From the NCBI RefSeq assembly GCF_006345805.1, contig NC_043001.1, forward strand, positions 88,164,001-88,228,000: DNA of 64,000 bases, written 5' to 3'. Position numbers and translations under genes: made by a program. Source of the DNA: Octopus sinensis (taxonomy: Eukaryota). This document shows, in pieces, positions 42,175-56,649 of this stretch. The notes beneath the pieces were generated by a model, which did no database searches, had not been told where the DNA came from, and worked only from the letters and a program-made list of their open reading frames with translations. Position 1 is the first letter of the stretch, and each line of letters starts with the position of its first letter.

Positions 42175-42535
42175 TTCTTATACTTGTTTCAGTCATTTGA
42201 CTGCAGCCTTGCTGAAGCAACGTCTTTAGTCAAACAAATCAACCCAGGACTTATTCTTTTGTAAGCCTAGTATTTACTCTATTGGTCTCTTTTGCTAAGT
42301 TACGGGGATGTAAACATACCAACATTAGTTGTCATGTGATGGTGTGGGGACAAGCACAGACACACAAATACATGCATATGACGAGCATCTTTCAGTTGCT
42401 GTCTACCAAATCCACTCACAAGGCTTTGGTTGGCCCAAGGCTATAGTAAAAGACACTTGCTCAAGGTGCCATGCAGCGGAACTAAACCCAGAACCATGCG
42501 GTTGGGAAGCAAGCTTCTTATCACATAGCCACTCC
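42175..42535 (-). mobile_element. SINE family A
   Basis: Reverse complement of the family A head and tail. Confidence 0.85.
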
Positions 42536-42757
42536 TATATATATACCATGTACCTGAACTTGGAGAGTGCCTGTCCGGCAATGGGAACGTGGCATGCTCT
42601 TAGCAGTGTGTCTGTCATCAAAGCTGGTGGCCAGGCGAAGCAGAAACAACACAAGCAAGCCTGGAGATGTTGCCTAGAGCCCCGGGAAGAGTTCTCTCTC
42701 CATGTATAAATATGTGCATATGTACGTGTTTTTGTGTGTTTACATATATATATATAT

Positions 42758-42813
<56 letters not shown>

Positions 42814-42955
42814 TTTATTTTTATATTTATATATATATTTTTATATTTATATATATATATTTACATTTATATATATACACACCCATATGTCTGTATATAT
42901 AAATACATATGTATATATAAATATATATATAAATATATATATATAAATACATATG

Positions 42956-43048
<93 letters not shown>

Positions 43049-43064
43049 GTATATGTTGTTTTTC

Positions 43065-43355
43065 CTTCTCAAGCCATACCTGGCTCATAAGGGCTGCTTA
43101 CCCGGTTTCATTGGTGTATAGACTCCCCACCTGGACAGAATACCAGTCCATCACAGGTGAGCTGCTTGATGCAGGAGGAAAGAGTGAGAGAAAGTTGTGG
43201 TGAATGAATCAGCAGAAGTTCACCACTACCTTCTGCTGGAGCCATGTGGAGCTTAAGTGTTTTGCTCATAAACACACACAGCCCAGTCTAAGATTTGAAA
43301 CTGTGATCCCTCGACCACGAGTCCACTGCTCTAACCACTAGGCCATGTGCCTCCA
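43065..43355 (-). mobile_element. SINE family C with V-domain-like tail
   Basis: Same head and tail as 25268-25592. Confidence 0.85.
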
Positions 43356-43449
43356 CATATATAAGTATGTATACATAAATATATATATATATAAATATAT
43401 ACATACACACATATATATATGTGTGTGTGTGTGTATATATATAGGTATG

Positions 43450-43533
<84 letters not shown>

Positions 43534-43574
43534 TATACATATATATATATACATATATATACATATATATATAT

Positions 43575-44140
43575 ATGTATATATGCCACTCCCAAATAGT
43601 TGAATGTATCAGGAGGAGAGGTAGACCCAGGAAGACATGGGATGAGGTAGTCAAGCATGACCACAGAGCGTTGGGCCTCACAGAGGCAATGACGAAAGAC
43701 CGAAATCTCTGGAGTTATGCTGTGACTGCAAAGACCCGGGCTGCTTCCTGCACCAGTTCCGCATAGCCCCTGCCCATTCAAAGTACCTTGGATTTCAGAA
43801 CAACCCGCTGTGCTTGAGGAGACCTATTAAGTCAAGTACATGAACATCGAAATAAATATCAATGGAAATAGTAGTTGCGATACCTGTGCCGGTGGCACAT
43901 AAAAAGCACCATACGAACGTGGCCGATGCCAGTGCCGCCTTGACTGGCTTCCGTGCCAGTGGCACGTAAAAAGCACTCACTACACTCATGGAGTGGTTGG
44001 CGTTAGGAAGGGCATCCAGCTGTAGAAACACTGCCAGATCAGACTGGAGCCTGGTGCAGCCTCCTGGCTTCCCAGACCCCGGTCGAACCGTCCAACCAGT
44101 GCTAGCACGGAAAACGGACATTAAATGATGATGATGATGA
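43575..44140 (+). mobile_element. RTE LINE 3' end (last ORF codons, UTR and tail)
   Basis: [17 protein letters not shown] followed by the UTR and (ATG)n. Confidence 0.9.
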
Positions 44141-45488
44141 TATATATATGTACACACACACACACGCGTGCACACATATATAATAAAGATACATACATAT
44201 ATATATATATATATATAGTTCAAATTTACAGGGAACAATAGATGAAGACAGGTGAAAGAACAACAAGCAGGTGTATTAGTTTAACACTTGGGAAGAATGG
44301 GAAAGTCTTTGACGCTTTGCTCTTTGACAGAAAGAATTGAGAGAGAAAAAAAACAGGAAGAAAAAGATGCACAGTTCAGCATGATGAAATGGCCGGAAGA
44401 AACATTGTATGCACACTCAAGTAGTAAGCATATAAATGCAAAACAAGGTGAAGAATATAATACTCGACTGTCTGACAAACGGTGACATGAAACTGAGTAA
44501 CAGTTTTTGAAGATTTTTGGAGGCTTTAATAAATAGTATATATGCGTATGTGTATATATATATGTGTGTAAGTATGTATATATATTATACTTCCTACCCT
44601 CTATCACATTTTGATATTTTTTCAGCAAGCTTGCATGGGTGGGTATATGTTATTTAGCACTGTCCTTCATCATCTTCTTTGTAAGATTTAGCATTTTGAT
44701 ATCAATTGTTACCCATCTCCTCATGGTCTCCCTCTGCCACAGGTTCCATCTGTTTGTACACCTTGCACTTCTTTCTACAGCTGCCCAACTCTATAAGTAC
44801 CACATTCCTATACTTGCATACTCTTCTCTATTGCACACTACATCTGATTCCTCTTGTACCTAGTTTTTGTTTCAGCTTCTTTTTATATATTTGACAGCTT
44901 TTATAACCTTGGCAGCTCAATTAGCAGTGAGGGCAGGTGTTCCAAATGCATAGTAGACAGAGTAAGAAAGAAATAGAAAAAAGTTCAGGGATGTATTACT
45001 TCTGCTGACCACAAAAGTATTCTCTCTGTCACTGAAGACTGGATCATATGATGCTTGTGTATAAAATGTAATCTTTGAGTGAAATGTGTATTGAATGCAA
45101 AAGATGTGCTGAAACTGCAAAAAACTTAAGCAAGCATGCTCCAACGCACAGATATTGTTAGTGTGCATGAATGACAGAGCACAAATGAGCGAAGAGAAAG
45201 AGGAATCAACTGTAGCATGCAAGAAACAAGTTTGCAATGGTGTGTATATGGAGGATGAGAGTTGGGCAAAGAAGCACCAATGCCAGTGGAAGGAACCTTC
45301 AGAAGGTGAAGACCAAGGAAGAAAGATGACAGGGCACTGTAAGAAATGGAGGGATGTTGTACTGGAGAAGACTCATATCCATCAATATAAGTATGGCAAA
45401 ATGATGATTGTATTAAGTGATTGCAAGACCAAATTCTTAACCACACATGTAAGTATCAAATGTATATAAGTATATATATATATATAAG

Positions 45489-45666
<178 letters not shown>

Positions 45667-45670
45667 TACA

Positions 45671-46073
45671 TACTCTTTTACTCTTTTATTTGTTTCAGTC
45701 ATTTGACTGCGGCCATGCTGGAGCACCGCCTTTAGTCGAGCAAATTGACCCCGGGATTTATTCTTTGTAAGCCCAGTACTTATTCTATCGGTCTCTTTTG
45801 CCGAACTGCTAAGTGACGGGGACGTAAACACCCCAGCATCGGTTGTCAAGCAATGCTAGGGGGACAAACACAGACACACAAACACACACACACACATATA
45901 TATACACATATATACGACAGGCTTCTTTCAGTTTCCATCTACCAAATCCACTCACAAGGCATTGGTCGGCCCGGTGCTATAGCAGAAGACACTTGCCCAA
46001 GATGCCACGCAGTGGGACTGAACCCGCAACCATGTGGTTGGTTAGCAAGCTACTTACCACACAGCCACTCCTG
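45671..46073 (-). mobile_element. Full-length SINE family A
   Basis: Complete head, (CA)n core and tail. Confidence 0.9.
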
Positions 46074-46269
46074 TATATATATATACACACATACATATAT
46101 ATATGTATATATAAATATATATACACACATACATATATATATATGTGTATATACACTCACACACATATATTCTGTTTCTATCCAAAATGATTTTAAATAT
46201 ATGTGTGAATGTGTGTGTGTGTGCCGATGTGTGTATGTGTGTGCACGTGCGTGCATGCATGTGTGCATG

Positions 46270-46838
46270 TGTATGTGCCAGTCTCTAACTGTTCAGGTAA
46301 CCCATGGAAGAGGTAGACCCAGGAAAACATAGGACAAGGTGGTGAAGCATGATCTTCAGATGTTGGGTCTCATGGAGGCAATGACAAATGATCGAGATCT
46401 TTGGTGATTTGCTGTACTTGAGAAGACTCATCAGGTCAAATGAAATCGTATTCATGGACAGTACCAGTGACATGTAAAAGGTAACTGTGATGATGATACA
46501 TAAAAGGCACCTGTGATGATGACACATAAAAGGCACCCATAACAGTGACACGTAAAAGCACCTATGATGGTGACAAATACAAGGCATCCGTGATAGTGAC
46601 ACGTAAAAAGTACCCATGACAATGACACATAAAAGGCACCTGTGATGGAGACATGTAAAAGGCACCCACTACACTCTTGGAGTGCTTGGCGTTAGGAAGG
46701 GCACCCAGCTGTAGAAACCAAGCCAAAATCAGACCAGAGCCCGGAACAGATCTCCAGCTTACCAATTCCATTCAAACCGACTAACCCATACCAGCATGGA
46801 AAATGGACCCTAAATAATGATGATGATGATGATGATAT
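46270..46838 (+). mobile_element. RTE 3' end with an expanded ~27-nt tandem array in the UTR
   Basis: GRGRPRKT followed by about 7 gtgacac(g/a)taaaaggcacc units. Confidence 0.85.
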
Positions 46839-46998
46839 AAATATACATAGGCACAAGCATGACTATATGGTAAGAAGCTTACTTCCCAACCACATGTTTC
46901 CATGCGTGGCACCGTGGGCAAGTGTCTTCTGCTATAGTCTCAGGCTGACCAAAGCCTTGTGAGTGGACTTGGTAGGCAGAAACTGAAAGAAGCCCATC

Positions 46999-47059
<61 letters not shown>

Positions 47060-47702
47060 CAATCATCACCATCATCATCGTTTAATGTCTCCTTTCCACG
47101 TTGGCATGGGTTGGACGGTTTCACTGAGGACTGGCAAGCCAGGAGGCTGCAGCAAGCTCCAATCTGATCTGGCAATGTTTCTACAGCTGGAAGCCCTTCC
47201 TAACGCCAACCAGTCTGAGAGTGTAGTTTTTTACATGTCACCAACACGGGGACCAGTCAGGTGGCACTGACATCAACCATGGGAGCCAGGGAGCCAGTCA
47301 AGTAGCACTGGCCATGCTCGAATGGTGCTTTTTATGTGCCACCAGCATAGGTGCCAGTCAGGTAGCACTGACCTCAGCTACGACTACGATCTTGCTTGAC
47401 TCAACAGGATTTCTCAAGCACAACATCTTGCCCGACGATTGAAGTGTACTTTTAAAGAGGCCACTCAAGTGACACTAGTACATATGTGTATGTGGTCTGT
47501 GTGTGTCCTACCACTGCTTGATAAGCAGTGTTGGTGTGTTTACATCCCCATAACTTAGTAGTTCGGCAAAAGATATTGATAGAGTAAATACCAGGCTTAA
47601 AAAAAGAAAATAAGTACTAGGATCAATTCATTTGACTAAAAGATTTCTTCAAAGCAATGCCTGAGCATGGCCATGTCTAATGACTGAAACAAGTAAAATA
47701 CA

Positions 47703-47743
<41 letters not shown>

Positions 47744-48523
47744 TTATTATATCCATTTTCTTCTCTTATATATATATATATATGACCTATATCTGTAGTG
47801 ATGCAAAGTAAAGCATTTTAACAGCATACCATACCCATCTTCATCTTTTTTGCTTTCTTCTTGTAAACAGTAAAAATAAAGCTACCTGACTGGTTTTGAA
47901 TCTTCTTTGATTCCCATCGGAGATAAAATACCATTTGATTTGGTCACAAAGAGAAATATGGTTAATAGCTAAATATTGTCACTAAATGTAGTGATTTTGC
48001 TCAAATGATTTGTGTGATTTGTATAAATAGTGCTTCGCTGGCAACTTATTCAAATGAATGAATTAATTATGTACTCAACTGCATTCATTCTCAACTATAT
48101 GATAAATTAATTTGTTTATTCATTTATTTATTTATTTATTTATTATTATTATCATTATTTCTTTTTCATGAAAAGAAAGTGAAAACACACAAAGACGGTT
48201 TCTTTACAGCTATCACAAAAGAATAGCTGCACCACAGTGTTGCTAAAAAGGTTTAGCTTACATCGCATTATAAATATACTGCAAAGAATGAATGCTGTTT
48301 ATTTCTTAATTAATTAATTAAAACACACGCGCACACATAGGCATAAGAGTAGCTATGTAGTATGAAGCTTGCTTTCCCTACCACATAGTTCCAGGTTCAG
48401 TTCCACTGCATGACACCTTGGGCAAATGTCTTCTACTATAATCTTCGGTCAACCAAAGCTTTGTGAGTGGATCTGGTGGACAGACATTGGAAGAAGCTTG
48501 TCTCATGTGTGTGTGTGTGTGTG

Positions 48524-48595
<72 letters not shown>

Positions 48596-48799
48596 TCTAT
48601 GTATGTGTCGTTGTGTCTGTATTTGCACCCCACCATAGCTTGACATCTGACGTTGGTGTGTTTACATCCCTGTAACTTAGCACTTCAGCAAAAGAGACCA
48701 GTAAGATAAATACTAGATTTAAAAGAAAAAAATCTTGAAGTCAATTTGTTTGACAAAAACCCTTCAAGATGTGTTTTACTATCCTATAACCATGTTACT

Positions 48800-49250
48800 T
48801 AAGATACTCCAGCACTGGCTCCCATGCTGGTGACACGTGAAAAACACCATTTGAGCATAATCGTTGCCAGCATCACCTTACTGGCACATGTGTCAGTGGC
48901 ACGTGAAAAACAACATTTGAGCATAATCGTTGCCAGCATCGCCTTACTGGCATATGTGCCAGTGGCACATGGTCGTTGCCAGTGCCGCCGAACTGGCTCC
49001 CATGCAGGTAGCATGTAAAAACACCTTTCGAGCATGGTCGTTGCCAGGACCACCTGACTGGCCCTCATGCCAGTAGCACTTTAAAGCACACACTACACTC
49101 TCGGAGTGGTTGGCATTAGGAAGGGCATCCAGCTGTAGAAACTTTGCCAGATCAGATTGAGCCTGGTGCAGCCTCTGGCTCACCAGTCCTCAGTCAAACT
49201 GTCCAACCCATGCCAGCATGGAAAGCAGACGTTAAATGATGATGATGAAG
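48800..49250 (+). mobile_element. RTE 3' UTR fragment with multiple hairpin units
   Basis: Repeated gtggcacgtgaaaa..catttgagcataatcgttgccagc units, then the standard tail. Confidence 0.85.
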
Positions 49251-49624
49251 ATGATACATACTGGGAGGTAAGGTTTCAACGAGTAGTATAGCATTCAATC
49301 AGTTAAGAGGGTACAGGTGTTATAATAAAAACCACAAAAAGCCTTGTGACATACAGCTACCCTGGGTTTCCTGGCCAAAATATTGATTTATTTCACCTAG
49401 TTTGGTTATTGCATTCATTGCAATTGATGTTAGAATGAGCACACACATTCAGAAAAAGACAGAGAGAAGCACAGGGGAGATAATAAACTTCACAGGAAAT
49501 ATAACCAGTGCATAAAAGTTTCATAAACCAACACTGGAATGATTTATGTTGTGTTTGGTGGGTTATCTTCAATTTCTGCTAAAATGTATTTTTTAAAATA
49601 CAGACATAATGAAAAAATTTAGAA

Positions 49625-49788
49625 GCGGCTGTGTGGTAAGTAGCTTGCTTACCAGCCACATGGTTCCGGGTTCAGTCCCACTGCGTGGTACCTTGGGCAA
49701 GTGTCTTCTATTATAGACTCAGGCCGACCAAAGCTTTGTGAGTGGATTTGGTAGACGGAAACTGAAAGAAGCCCATTGTATATATGTA

Positions 49789-49886
<98 letters not shown>

Positions 49887-50100
49887 GTGTGTTTGTGTGT
49901 CTGTGTTTGTTCCCCCAACATCGCTTGACAACCGATGCTGGTGTGTTTATGTCCCCGTAACTTAGCAATTCAGCAAAAGAGAATGATAGAATAAGTACTA
50001 GGCTTACAAAGAATAAGTTCTGGGGTCGATTTGCTTGACTAAAGGTGGTGCTCCAGCATGGCCACAGTCAAATGACTGAAACAAGTAAAAGAGTAAAAGA
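49625..50100 (+). mobile_element. Full-length SINE family A
   Basis: Complete head, (TA)n(TG)n core and tail. Confidence 0.9.
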
Positions 50101-50169
50101 GTCAAAAAAGATGTTTGATATGCTCACTTGTAAAACTTTATTTTTAAAATACTTAAGTACGTTATATAG

Positions 50170-52790
50170 GGACATCCTAATTGAGAAATTTGATGAGAGG
50201 GAGGAGCAGCTACAAACTTGTGACATAGAGGGCAACTGGGAATTCCTGCAGGATAGCTTGCTGAGTGCCACAAACCAAATCCATGGGTGGTGCAATGTCC
50301 CTTCCAGACCTAGGGTAACATGGTGGTGGAACAATACCATAGACAGAGCCATTACAGCAATAAAAAAAAAAAAAAAAACAGGCCTAGAAGACCTGGAAGA
50401 GTTGCAGCAGCAGGGAACTGTGTCAGATAGCCAGAAGGGAAGCTAGGAGACAGGTATATCTAGCCAAGGGAGAAATGAAAAAAGAAGGACCAACGAACTG
50501 AAGTATTTTGGATTGCAAGACAGTGTGTGAAAGAATATTGTAATGTCATTGGAGAGAAATGAGTCTGCATGGATGATGGCACACTTGCTTTTAATGAGTC
50601 TGCAAAGAAAGAGACATGGAGATGCCATTATGAAAGACTGCTGAACGTGGAGAATGAATGGGAGGAAGAAAGTCTGCGGAATGTTGACCCAATTGAGGGA
50701 CCGGCTACCCGAATTGACAGTACCCTGGTAGACAAAACAATTAAGGATATGAAGACAGGGAAAGCCCCCATCAAGAATCCCCGCTGAGATGCTTAAAATA
50801 TCTGGTGGTGTGGGTTATGGTCTAGTCACCTGTAGTATAAATCAGGTGGTTCATGAAGGAGTTATACCCAATGATTTTTGCAGCAGCATCATAGTCGACT
50901 GCTGCAAAGGTAAAGATGATGCCTTAGATAGAAATAATTACAGAGGTACCAAATTGTTGGATCAGGTGAGGGAGAGAGTTAGTCTACATGAGACGCAGTT
51001 TGGTTTTGTGCCAGGTAGAAGCACCACTGGTGCTATATTTCTCATAAGGCAACTGTAGGAGAAATGCCAAGCCAAAGGTTAACCTCTGTTTATGGCTTTT
51101 GCTGACTTGGAGAAAGCTTTTGACAGAGTACCCCAATCTGTTGTCTGGTGGTCAATATGGAAACTAGGGCTAGATGAGTGGTTGGTGAGAGCTGTACAAG
51201 CTGTACAAGGTGATAGTGGGCAATGAGTACATGGAAGAATTCAGGGTACAAGTAGGGGTTTACCAAGGATCGGTGTTCAACACCCCCTTGTTCATCATTG
51301 TCCTCCAGGCAATAACAGAGAAATGCAAGACAGGGAACTTCTCTATGCTGATGACCTCGCTCTTATAGCTGAATCACTTCCTGAGCTAGAGAAAACGATC
51401 TAGGTTTGGAAACAAGGTCTAAAATCAAAGGGCCTTAGAGTTAACCTAGCAAAACCCGAAGTCATAGTAAGTTGGAAGGCAGGCAAATCACAAATCTCCT
51501 CAGGTAGATGGCCCTGTTCAATCTGTAGAAAAGGTGTAGGTAGAAACTCCATAAGATGCACCCAGTGTAAGCTTTGGACACACCAAAGGTGCAGCAACAT
51601 CAAAGGAAAGTTAACAGAGAAACTAACTTTTGTATGTGGAAGGTGCACAGGCATAATAAATGCTGAACATGTGTGGAAAATAGACTCCATCAACTGCCAG
51701 GGGTGCAAGCTAGAGGTAGTAGATAGCTTCCAGTATCTAGGTGACCAGGTTAGTAGTGGAGTTGGATGTTCCGAGAGCGTAGCTGTGAGAATAAGATTAG
51801 GTTGGGCAAAGTTTAGAGAGCACCTATTCCTGCTGGCAACAAAGGCCTCTCTCTCTCAGAGGGAAAAGCAGATTGTTTGATGCCTGTGTGGGAACAGCTG
51901 TGCTGCATGGCAGTGAAACATGGGCTGTGACAGCCAAAGATATGTGTAAGCTTGAAAGAATGAAGCCAGTATGCTTCACTGGATGTGCAATGTCAGTGAG
52001 CATGTTTAACAGTGTAAGCATCTTGAGAGAAAAGTTAGGCATAAGAGGAATTAGATGTGGTGTGCAAGAGAGATGACTGCGCTGGTATGGTCATGTGATG
52101 TGTATGAAGTACTGATCTCTAATTGTGAAGGGAACCTGAGGTAGAAGTAGATCCAGGAAGACATGGGACAAGGTGGTGAAGCATGATCTTTGAACTTTGA
52201 ACCTCACAGAGGCAATGATTAGTGACTGAAAACTTTAGTGATGTGCTCTGCTTATGGGGACCCATCAAGTCAAGTGCACTCATGCTGGTGACATGTAAAA
52301 AATCAACCTCTGAATGTTGGGCCTCACGGAGGTAAAGTGGCCGAGTTCCTTTCAAGTGTTGGGCCTCATGGAGGCATAGTGATGAATTCCTTTTGAGCAT
52401 TCGGCCTGATGGAGGCAAGGTGGCTGAGTTCCTTTTGAGAAATGGGCCTCATGGAGGCAAAGTGGCTGAGTTCCTTTCAAATGTTGGGTCCCACAGAAGC
52501 AATGACCAAGACCTTTAGCATTATGTTGTGCTTGAGAAGAAGACTCATCAAGCCAAGAAAAATTGCAGTCATGGCAGATGCAGATGTCGTGCAAATGGCA
52601 CCCATGCTGGTGTCACGTAAAACCACTCATCACACTCTCAGAGTGGTTGGCATTAGGAAGGGCATCCAGCCATAGAAAACCAGGCCAAATCAGACAGGGG
52701 ACTGGTGCCGCCTTCCAGTGGGCCAGCACAGTCAAACCATCCAACCCATGCCAGCATGGACAATGGACGTTAAATGATGATGATGATGGT
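50170..52790 (+). mobile_element. Decayed RTE LINE (pre-RT region, RT, 3' UTR, (ATG)n)
   Basis: VTWWWN, HYERLLNVENEW, QFGFVPGRSTTGAIF, DLEKAFDRVP, LYADDL, LHGSETWAVT; many stops and frameshifts. Confidence 0.95.
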
Positions 52791-52986
52791 GATATATATA
52801 TATATATATACTATTTTATAAGCTTTATTCTTATAAAATATTGTTATCATTATTTACTGATTGTAAAATTCAGCACCACTTACCAAATAATTGCAAATGT
52901 ATGTCTGTATGTTTGTTTGTATGTATGGTATTAGAATTACAGGGTTACATATTAGGGTGTTACTTTTAATAAGTTATGATGGACTT

Positions 52987-53024
<38 letters not shown>

Positions 53025-53070
53025 ATACCAATGTATAACATACATACATACCTACATATATACATACATT

Positions 53071-53104
<34 letters not shown>

Positions 53105-53344
53105 TACATACATACATACTTACATGCATATATAAACATGATAAAAGATCAACAACCTGCTCCCCTCCAAGAGAAATTAGCTGCATTCAAACCTTTATAC
53201 ACAGCACCAATCATGTTATTGTAGATACCACAGGGGTGAGATTTAATGTCATGTCTGACAACACAACAATACTCATTGTTATGGAATAATCCCTATGTCC
53301 CTAACACTCTCATCACCATCAACTCCACCACCACCACCACCACC

Positions 53345-53400
<56 letters not shown>

Positions 53401-54103
53401 CAACACCATCATCTCTACCACCACCATCACTAACTCCTGCACCATCAACCCAGCATCATCACCACTGGCAACATTCTCACCACTACCAAGATTATTAAAA
53501 CTAACTCCTCCAGTCCCTACCAGCTCCAGGATTATGAACAGCAACTTAATACAGCTGAAGTGAGAGACATTACAGCCTGTTATTATAAGTGTCCATCATC
53601 TGGTCAGAAATATGACTTATATAATAACACTGAAGTTATTTATATTTCCTGCTGAAGAGCTCTTCTTTGATTATAGCAGCCAAGAAATGGTGGAGAAGAC
53701 AGTGAGAGCAGGGGAAGATATGTGGGTCATTTAATTAAAGCACGTGTATTTATTCATTTATTTTCATTTTATATCCCAATTAGTCAACACTAGCATCATC
53801 AGTTACAAGATTTTTCTAGTAGGTCAGTTACTGGTTCACATATTTCTGATGATGATTGAGGCAAGGGAGTGTCTATAACTTGATGTAGAACAAATATCAC
53901 AAGGAACTTCATGTATAAAGCACTGTTTTTTTTATTTCATGTCTCAGTTTTATTTCACTGATGTTTTTGTCTTTTGTTTAAATGTATCAGCAAAGCTACA
54001 CACACACACACACACACACACACAATTATATATACATACATACATGCATGCATGCATACACATATACACACACAAACACATACACACACAAACACAAACA
54101 CAC

Positions 54104-54156
<53 letters not shown>

Positions 54157-54214
54157 TACCTAAGAATTTATATGTCAGAGAAAGGTGTATTCCTATATTT
54201 ATTATCAGAGTGGG

Positions 54215-54453
54215 TATATTATCAAAGTATACAGTATTATAGATCCATTCCAGCTGATCTTACCAATAGGTTTCCAAACCTGCCATCTCTGAGGAATGCA
54301 TGGCTATTAGATAACTGCCATGTTATATTAGGTAACTGCCCTGTAATAGCACTGGCTATTTGATAATTACACTGTTATCTAATAACCAGTGTGAGTCTAG
54401 TTGGTAAGATGAGCTGAAATGGATCTATGATACTGTATGCTTTGGTTAACATA
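54215..54453. mobile_element. Foldback MITE with long imperfect TIRs
   Basis: caaagtatacagtattatagatccattccagctgatcttaccaa pairs with ttggtaagatgagctgaaatggatctatgatactgtatgctttg. Confidence 0.8.
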
Positions 54454-54938
54454 CATATACACATATAATTTACTTGGAGAGGAAATTCTCCATATAGTTG
54501 TGGGTAAAAGCACACATGAGCTTTAGACAACTTTATTTGATTTTGATTTTGGTTAGTGTGTTTTTGATTAATTTCAGCTTGACTGAGCTTAGCACACTCC
54601 AACAAATATATTTTTTGCTGTTTATATTTAAGAATGGCAGCTCTTCTTACACAGGACTGTGGACAACCAAATCAGTGTCTGTAATTGATGAAGTGTAATC
54701 ACACAGAAACATGAATCTTACATTTCGATGACATCATTTAAAGACTTTATGCCCATGAAGAGAATTTCTTTCAGACAATTATTGCAGTAAAATCTTTCCA
54801 TGATTGAATATACACATAGTTGTTAAATATCAATATATACAGCTTCATTTTATTACACATATAAGTAATTGTGTGTGTGTGTGTGTGTGGTGTGTGTGTG
54901 TGTGTGTATGTGTGTTCGCTTGTGTGTGTGTGTATGCA

Positions 54939-54974
<36 letters not shown>

Positions 54975-55049
54975 TCTATCTTTTTATCTCTACTGTTTTA
55001 AGCTAGAGGCTGTGGCCATGCCAGAGCTTCACATTTAACGTGATTGGTT

Positions 55050-55405
55050 TTTATCTCACACTCATTACCTGCCTTTCTCTCTGGAACTATTTCTGGTGAA
55101 ATAGCAAATCAAATAGAGATATTTTTCTTTGTATTTCCTGCTGCAATGTGGGTTCATCTGGTACCACAGACAGAAATTTGTCTAAATGTTCTTTGAAAAC
55201 ATTCATATCTACACTTTACATATCTCTGAGGTTTTTCAGCAGAGTCTTGAAAAGTTGCAGGTTCTTCAACTCTCAGTTGTTACAATACTGGGTCCTTACT
55301 CTAGATGGAAAAGATGGGATCTTTGGTACTACGTGGTGATGTCTAGTTTGATGGTTGGTGTAGCTTTCAATCTCAAAGTTGGGAGCTAAATCTTCCAGGA
55401 TTTTC
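55050..55405 (-). mobile_element. CR1-like LINE 3' remnant
   Basis: WKILEDLAPNFEIESYTN..VFKEHLDKFLSVVPDEP. Confidence 0.8.
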
Positions 55406-55410
55406 TATAT

Positions 55411-55970
55411 ATATTGAATCATCCCATAAATAATGCAGCATTTTTTATTCTCCATTTATCTTTCAAAATTAAGATAAACTAAGTTCTTTTTTAATCTAAA
55501 ATATACTCTTTTTCATTTTCTACAATGATCTTCCATTTTTCTGATAGACTTGCAAGGCCTCTCTTCCAAAATTCACTTGTTTGTGACGAAAAATACTCCT
55601 CCAGTACTGTTCTGATCTTGTCTACACAATTCATATTTGTTTATGTCCAAATAAAGACTGCAGAATAAATGATAATTATATGAGACAATGTCCGGTGAAT
55701 ATGGTGTGTGGGGCTTTGTCTCCCATTCACACTGTTCCAGTCTTTAGAAGGTCATCCTCACTGTATGTAGCTAAGTATTTTCCTGATGGAAGAACACCTT
55801 TCACCTTGAAAACAAAGGTGGTTGCTTCTCTTCCAGCACTGACTTAAGCTGCTCAGGCTGCTCACAGTAGATCTCTTTTGTTATCATTTGGTTTGGGTTT
55901 AAAAGTTCAAAGTGGCCTCAACTTTTCATATCTCACCAAACAGATAACAACACCTTACATGGGTGAAGAC
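55411..55970 (-). mobile_element. Mariner remnant (catalytic domain and 3' TIR)
   Basis: KVLLSVW*DMK..FELLNPNQ..FFHQEN..WETKPHTPYSPDIVSYNYHLF..EFWKRGL..IVENEKEYILD*; TIR atcatcccataaataatgc. Confidence 0.85.
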
Positions 55971-56046
55971 CGTCTTTAGCATGGAAAATGGACATTAAAG
56001 GATGATAATGATGATGATGATAAATATATATCTATATATATATATT

Positions 56047-56211
56047 ATTGTGTCTGGGGAGAGTTATTCTCTTTTAGGGCCTTATTAATTTGACACACTC
56101 ACTGGTCTGATTTCCACTCATTAACTTATTAAAAATAGTAAAAATAAATAAGTAGTGAGTGTGTTAAATTAATAAAGCGCTCAAAGAGAACGACTCTCCC
56201 CGGACACAATA
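56047..56211. repeat. Foldback inverted repeat
   Basis: attgtgtctggggagagttattctctttt..cacactcact pairs with agtgagtgtg..aagagaacgactctccccggacacaat. Confidence 0.8.
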
Positions 56212-56649
56212 AAATATGCTTCAACACACGAATTCACATAAAGAATCTTCCAAGCCAAATACAAAAACGAAATATATACTTATATATATATTGTTGTATT
56301 TGGGGATTGTCATATTGCCAATATAGCCAATGAAAACAGATGCACTATATATTTGGTATTCACTTGCTTCAGCTCTATTTCATATTAATTGTATTTCAGC
56401 CAGAGTTCTTTCGTCACACTTATGTGACTACAGCAGTGGTCCTTTGCTTTCTTCTTTCTTTTTTGTGTCTCTCCATCAGCAACGCTGCAAATAACATGAA
56501 ATATGTAAGCAAACGAGGGAAAAATGAGTGAAATATGTAAACATGAGAAAAACGGAAAACAGGACAAGTTAACACAGAGAAAGGCTCTCTGTCCCCCTCT
56601 TTCTCATTGTTCACACGTGACCATCGTCCATCTTTCTTTTCCTCTTTGA

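Noticed and set aside
48262-48278. 17-nt candidate exon with tttgcag acceptor and gtaagc donor
   Set aside because: It is not a multiple of 3 and has a stop in phase 1
46460-49090. Repeat-spacer-like arrays resembling CRISPR
   Set aside because: This is a eukaryotic context with no cas genes; the units are RTE 3' UTR tandem repeats without unique spacers
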